Part shown: positions 59,862 to 64,000 of the stretch, piece after piece
Position numbering within the stretch: position 1 is the stretch's first letter
Layout of the letters: every line of letters begins with the position of its first letter
From: a virus
Strand: one strand, 5' to 3'
IMG/VR virus record: IMGVR_UViG_3300042541_003876
Coordinates: 13,742-77,741 of that record
DNA length: 64,000 nt
Notes under the pieces: generated by a model
Told to the model about the DNA's origin: nothing
Database searches by the model: none
Seen by the model: only the letters and a program-made list of their open reading frames with translations
Program-made: the position numbers and the translations under genes

Positions 59862-62021
59862 TTATTTTTCATTTTGTTTAGCTTGAAGCTCCATTAATTT
59901 AGCTTCAATGTCAGCCATTTTACGAAGATTATTATTATCTTCTTTCACTCTAATTCCATCAGCATTATTTTCAGCATAGATATTAGCAACGTCGATATTG
60001 TTTTGAAGTACTTTATCAGATTGGGCCGCTTTAATTTTTTCTGATTCAAGTTGAGCCTGAGTTTTATTTTCCTCAATTTGAGCCATCATTTTGTCATTTT
60101 CTGCTTTTAAAGCTTTAAGAGCGTTAATTCCCTTTTGAACGATTCCTTCAGCTTCAGAAACATTGTCAGATTTAATTACTCGGATAAGATCAAGCATTAA
60201 TTCTGGAGACTGAGCATTTCCAAATAATTTCGCAGCAACATCATTGAGTAATTTTTTATCCTCATAATCTTTACGATTATCAGTCACATAAATTCCTAAA
60301 TCATCGTACATAAAGTCTGGGGAAATTTCCAGAAATTTCATTTGAGTATCTCCAGCAAAGTAAGTAAATACTTCACCTTTTTTATAAACACTTTTTGATT
60401 TTAATAAAACTCTTTCATTCAAAATATCTGTGAAAGTATCAAACAAACCAAAATATTCTTCTGTTCGAGAAGTAGTGTTTTCAAGACCAATTTCAGCTAC
60501 TGTTGCTTTCTGATATGGATTTTGTTCTTTGGTAGAGATTCCGGTGATTGTATCAGCCATGTTTTCAATCAATGCCATAAGATTCATTAATTCTTGCAAT
60601 CTTCCTTTTTGTGAAACATTAATACTTGAAGCGTAAGGATTAGAACGTTTGTCTTTAGAATTAATTATCTGTACTCTATCTCTTTTTAGAAAGAAATTCA
60701 TTTTTTCAAAAGCTGCATCCGGACCATCTTTTAACCATTCTTTTGGTGAATTAGATAAATCCCATACAAGCACGTTACCATCAACCTGTCTCATGCTTAA
60801 TCTAATTTCGTAAAGAATTTCAGAAGCAAAGTTTTGAAGATATAAAAGTTTTTTAGCCAAAGAACGAATTTCTTCTCTACCCATTCCACCATAATCTACT
60901 AAACCTACAGCCGGGATAAATCTTTTCTTTTCATCACCTGCAGTTTTCATTTGATTTTCAAGAGAGCCCCAAGATAATACGATATCAGGACCAATCATCG
61001 TGACATGACGAACATCTTCTATATCTAAATATTCAATTTTATCGCGATTTCTTTCTTTATAATCATCACTAAGAATTTTAAATTCTTCAGTACCTTCTTT
61101 ATTTACAAATGATTTGAATTTTATTCTTTTACGCGATTTCCAATACATAGAAACTACGCGTGGGCGTAATCCATATTGAGAATCGTTTAGGTACCATAAT
61201 GAATTGTTGGCAGTATAACTTCGGGTTTGATTTTTTTGCTTCTCACTTAATGTAAACGTGTTAAAAATATCATTGATAGGCATAAATCTATCATAAATGA
61301 AATACTGAGGATCACGCTGAACAGTTTCATTTGGATTGTAATCCCATTCGCAATCTAAAATATGCGGAATAAAAATTGATGGATGCCCGTCTTTTTCTTC
61401 GGCCAATCCCCAAACAAATCCGGAGATTAAATAATGCTTCAAAGCATCGTATAATTTTTCTTTTTCTTTTCTTACAACTAAAATTTGCTTCAGAATATCT
61501 TCACCGTTTTCCTCAGATAAAGTCCGGTAATCTTTAGCAAAAAACTCTTCAACATCTTCCGGAATTTCCATTTCCGGGTTAGGACTTTCCGGAGCAAACC
61601 CTAATGAATCCGCCATTGTTTCATTTTCTTTTCTTAACAACGACTCAGCTAACATGTTTAATTTATCATCAAACTTTTTTATAACAGCATCTTGATTGTT
61701 TACTAAAAGTTTTCTTTTTACAGGTCTTTTGCGGTAGTCTCCTACCATTTTATCAATTTTAGATTCAATTAAAGGGTAAACAACGTATTCAGGACCAAAA
61801 TTGTTACCGCATCTTTGAGTAACTGTAGCTTCAATTTTCTTTTTATCTTCATCATCTAAACTTGCACTATAAGCATGGTAAAGCTTTGAAATTTCTTTCT
61901 TTTTCGCACTGTAATGTTTACTTCCTGCATATCTCATATAGCCTAAAACATGTTGCTTGTGCCAAGCTTCATTTTTTGCTGACTCAGATATTGTTTGGTC
62001 TGGAAAATTATAGATACTCAT
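59862..62021 (-). CDS. portal protein
   Basis: 719 aa downstream of TerL, with YPLIESKIDKMVG, YWKS, ITGIS and a C-terminal coiled coil. Confidence 0.88.
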   Translation of the reverse strand: MSIYNFPDQTISESAKNEAWHKQHVLGYMRYAGSKHYSAKKKEISKLYHAYSASLDDEDKKKIEATVTQRCGNNFGPEYVVYPLIESKIDKMVGDYRKRPVKRKLLVNNQDAVIKKFDDKLNMLAESLLRKENETMADSLGFAPESPNPEMEIPEDVEEFFAKDYRTLSEENGEDILKQILVVRKEKEKLYDALKHYLISGFVWGLAEEKDGHPSIFIPHILDCEWDYNPNETVQRDPQYFIYDRFMPINDIFNTFTLSEKQKNQTRSYTANNSLWYLNDSQYGLRPRVVSMYWKSRKRIKFKSFVNKEGTEEFKILSDDYKERNRDKIEYLDIEDVRHVTMIGPDIVLSWGSLENQMKTAGDEKKRFIPAVGLVDYGGMGREEIRSLAKKLLYLQNFASEILYEIRLSMRQVDGNVLVWDLSNSPKEWLKDGPDAAFEKMNFFLKRDRVQIINSKDKRSNPYASSINVSQKGRLQELMNLMALIENMADTITGISTKEQNPYQKATVAEIGLENTTSRTEEYFGLFDTFTDILNERVLLKSKSVYKKGEVFTYFAGDTQMKFLEISPDFMYDDLGIYVTDNRKDYEDKKLLNDVAAKLFGNAQSPELMLDLIRVIKSDNVSEAEGIVQKGINALKALKAENDKMMAQIEENKTQAQLESEKIKAAQSDKVLQNNIDVANIYAENNADGIRVKEDNNNLRKMADIEAKLMELQAKQNEK

Positions 62022-62305
62022 TTGATTCTAATATTATGTTCTTGTTTAAATATGATCCATTGTATTTCTCTTGGAAAAAAGTTTGGAAATTTCTTTTCAT
62101 GGTTACAAGAGAATGTTTCTCCTAATACATCATGCGGGTTACATTCGCATACAATGCATTTTTCGTTTTCAATACATTTTTCACAAAGATACATTCTATA
62201 ACAAATCTGTTCTATTTCAACATTATTAAATGTTTTTTGTGGGAAATTTGCAAAAAGTTTTTTTAAAAACACTTTTGCTTTTTCTGAATTTATATCAATC
62301 TCCAT
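62018..62305 (-). CDS. small Cys-rich (zinc-binding) protein
   Basis: CEKCIENEKCIVCEC...C, overlapping both TerL and portal. Confidence 0.7.
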   Translation of the reverse strand: MEIDINSEKAKVFLKKLFANFPQKTFNNVEIEQICYRMYLCEKCIENEKCIVCECNPHDVLGETFSCNHEKKFPNFFPREIQWIIFKQEHNIRIK

Positions 62306-64000
62306 TGTTCATTATCCATTTTAATTGTTCATTTCTTATAAGTTCTGCCATAGAAGAGTTTTGATCAGTAGATACCCAGTTATCACGTTTATTAATAAAT
62401 TCTGATTTACTTTTTTCTTTTTCTGCCAAAAACCTTTCATATTCAGGTTTACTCAAATCTCTATGAGGTAAAAATGATTCCATTTGAAACTCTCCGTGAG
62501 TGTCAATTGCTAAATTTCCATTAATATCGATGTGATACCTTCCTTTGTTCCCGGAAACATTTGAGTTGGAAACAGGATCATTCATGTTTTCAATATCTTC
62601 AGTAATTTCTTCAAACAAATCCATCCTAAAAATAAGACACATAATTAGTGCAGAAGCAATATCCGTGTTACCATCACCATACTTTATCAAATCTAAGATA
62701 ACCGGTGCCATCCAATAATTATGAATATTATCTTTTACTTCTGATTTTAAACTTCTGGTAGCAATACCTTTCATTCTTCCATCCATTTTAACACCATGAT
62801 TATTCTTATGATTATCAGTAGCATTTTCTTCAATATTTACAGGTTTACCACGTACATATTCGTTAGCACCAACATCAAAGAAATATCGCATAATATGGAA
62901 TTTAGTATATTCTATCAAAATTTCCATATCCCAATAAATTGCAAACTTTACACAGTTTTCGTAAAATACATCATCATCAAAACTACCATCACCTCTTTGA
63001 CAAATTAAACCAACCGGATAGTTAAATTCCCGTAGCGGACCAGAAAAACAACGGTAAGCTATAATTGCTCCAGAAGAAACATTTTCATTGTCTTGGTCAA
63101 CCTCTTCATCGTAACTGTCACAACCGCCAATATCTGGTTTGTATGACAAAAAGTTTTCAACAGACTTATTGATAGGCGATCCTATTTTAAGCATATATCC
63201 ATTTTCGTCATCAATCTTGAATACTACTTTGGATTCATTAGCTACACGGATTTTAGTGCGCTCTTTTGTATTTTTAGCGCGTTGTAGCAACGCTGTTGTT
63301 TTTGGTGAATCTTCCCATTCTAAAGTTCCTTTAAGAACCGGTTCGGGCATATTCTGCTCGTTAATCTCTTTTAACTGAAAATTTAATTTCTTTAAATCTA
63401 AAATTCCACCTTTTGTTTTTAAAAAAACTTCTTCAGGAATAAGAGGATATGATTGAATGTGTTTGATGTAGGTGTCTTTAGAACCTTCAGCAATTTTTCT
63501 TTCACGTAAAATGTATTTTTTAGCAGATTCTCTGTCGGTAACTCCTGTTTCATAATTAAAGAAGGAAATTGTTTTCCCGGATTTCTCATCAGGAATACCG
63601 TCTCCAGGATAATAAAAATATGCAGGAATAAATATTTGTTTTAGATTGTAAGCATCTGATTTATCCCACATTTCTTTGTAGCCTTTAGCTCCTTTGTCAA
63701 TTTCACCACCGGTACCATAAACCAAAGGAAGTCCATACTGAATCGCTCCGGAACGGAAAGAAGGTTCCGTTGCTTTAAATGACATTGAGATATTTTCAAA
63801 GAGTCCAGCTTCCTCAAAGATTGAGATTTTATTATTGTTGATTCCCTCAAATGCTCCAGAATCAGCGAACATGGTTTTAAACCTGGCCTTGGTATTTATT
63901 CCGGAAGGAATCTTTTGTTTGTTGATTGTATCATTGTAAAATATTTCCATCAACTTGTCATTGTTGGTTTCCATATAATTACGATAAGCAGGGTGAGTAT
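62295..64000 (-). CDS. terL: terminase large subunit, 5'-truncated by window edge
   Basis: Walker B IFEEAG, GTGG coupling motif, FIPAY, YP..PEE.F, nuclease GCDSYD and NTD. The frame stays open from 63974 to the window end. Confidence 0.92.
   Translation of the reverse strand, partial: THPAYRNYMETNNDKLMEIFYNDTINKQKIPSGINTKARFKTMFADSGAFEGINNNKISIFEEAGLFENISMSFKATEPSFRSGAIQYGLPLVYGTGGEIDKGAKGYKEMWDKSDAYNLKQIFIPAYFYYPGDGIPDEKSGKTISFFNYETGVTDRESAKKYILRERKIAEGSKDTYIKHIQSYPLIPEEVFLKTKGGILDLKKLNFQLKEINEQNMPEPVLKGTLEWEDSPKTTALLQRAKNTKERTKIRVANESKVVFKIDDENGYMLKIGSPINKSVENFLSYKPDIGGCDSYDEEVDQDNENVSSGAIIAYRCFSGPLREFNYPVGLICQRGDGSFDDDVFYENCVKFAIYWDMEILIEYTKFHIMRYFFDVGANEYVRGKPVNIEENATDNHKNNHGVKMDGRMKGIATRSLKSEVKDNIHNYWMAPVILDLIKYGDGNTDIASALIMCLIFRMDLFEEITEDIENMNDPVSNSNVSGNKGRYHIDINGNLAIDTHGEFQMESFLPHRDLSKPEYERFLAEKEKSKSEFINKRDNWVSTDQNSSMAELIRNEQLKWIMNNGD

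Noticed and set aside
62295-64000. TerL starting at 63974, or split by an intron or intein
   Set aside because: The frame is open to the window edge, so the missing N-terminal ATPase part is simply outside the window. No intein or homing-endonuclease motifs were seen.

Overview
The window is about 64 kb of an AT-rich, crAss-like (Crassvirales-type) podovirus genome. The host is probably a Bacteroidota (Flavobacteriia-like), inferred from the absence of Shine-Dalgarno motifs, A-rich start contexts and TAnnTTTG promoter elements. It has two converging arms. The plus strand (1-22.3 kb) carries accessory genes, a replication/recombination module (SF2 helicase-DNA methyltransferase fusion, DnaB, HU-like proteins, SSB, Dda/RecD-like helicase, 5'-3' exonuclease, clamp-like protein, PD-(D/E)XK nuclease) and an intact PRTRC-type ubiquitin-like cassette (protein E, Ubl, two unknowns, E2, E1/ThiF). 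The minus strand (64-22.3 kb) carries TerL (running off the window), portal, scaffold, major capsid protein, ring proteins, an IHF-like protein, tail fibres, a lysis cassette, muzzle, cargo proteins and a 3963-aa virion RNA polymerase polyprotein. The strongest leads are: (1) integron-like gene-cassette architecture at 0.4-1.7 kb (an attC-like hairpin, a gene flanked by complementary ends, and two copies of an attI-like 25-mer, with no integrase in the window); (2) the phage-borne ubiquitin-like conjugation cassette; (3) a repeated candidate phage middle promoter, TTGAAGTTATTTCA-N18-TAnnTT[T/C]G. All family assignments come from motif recognition by eye; no database searches were run.
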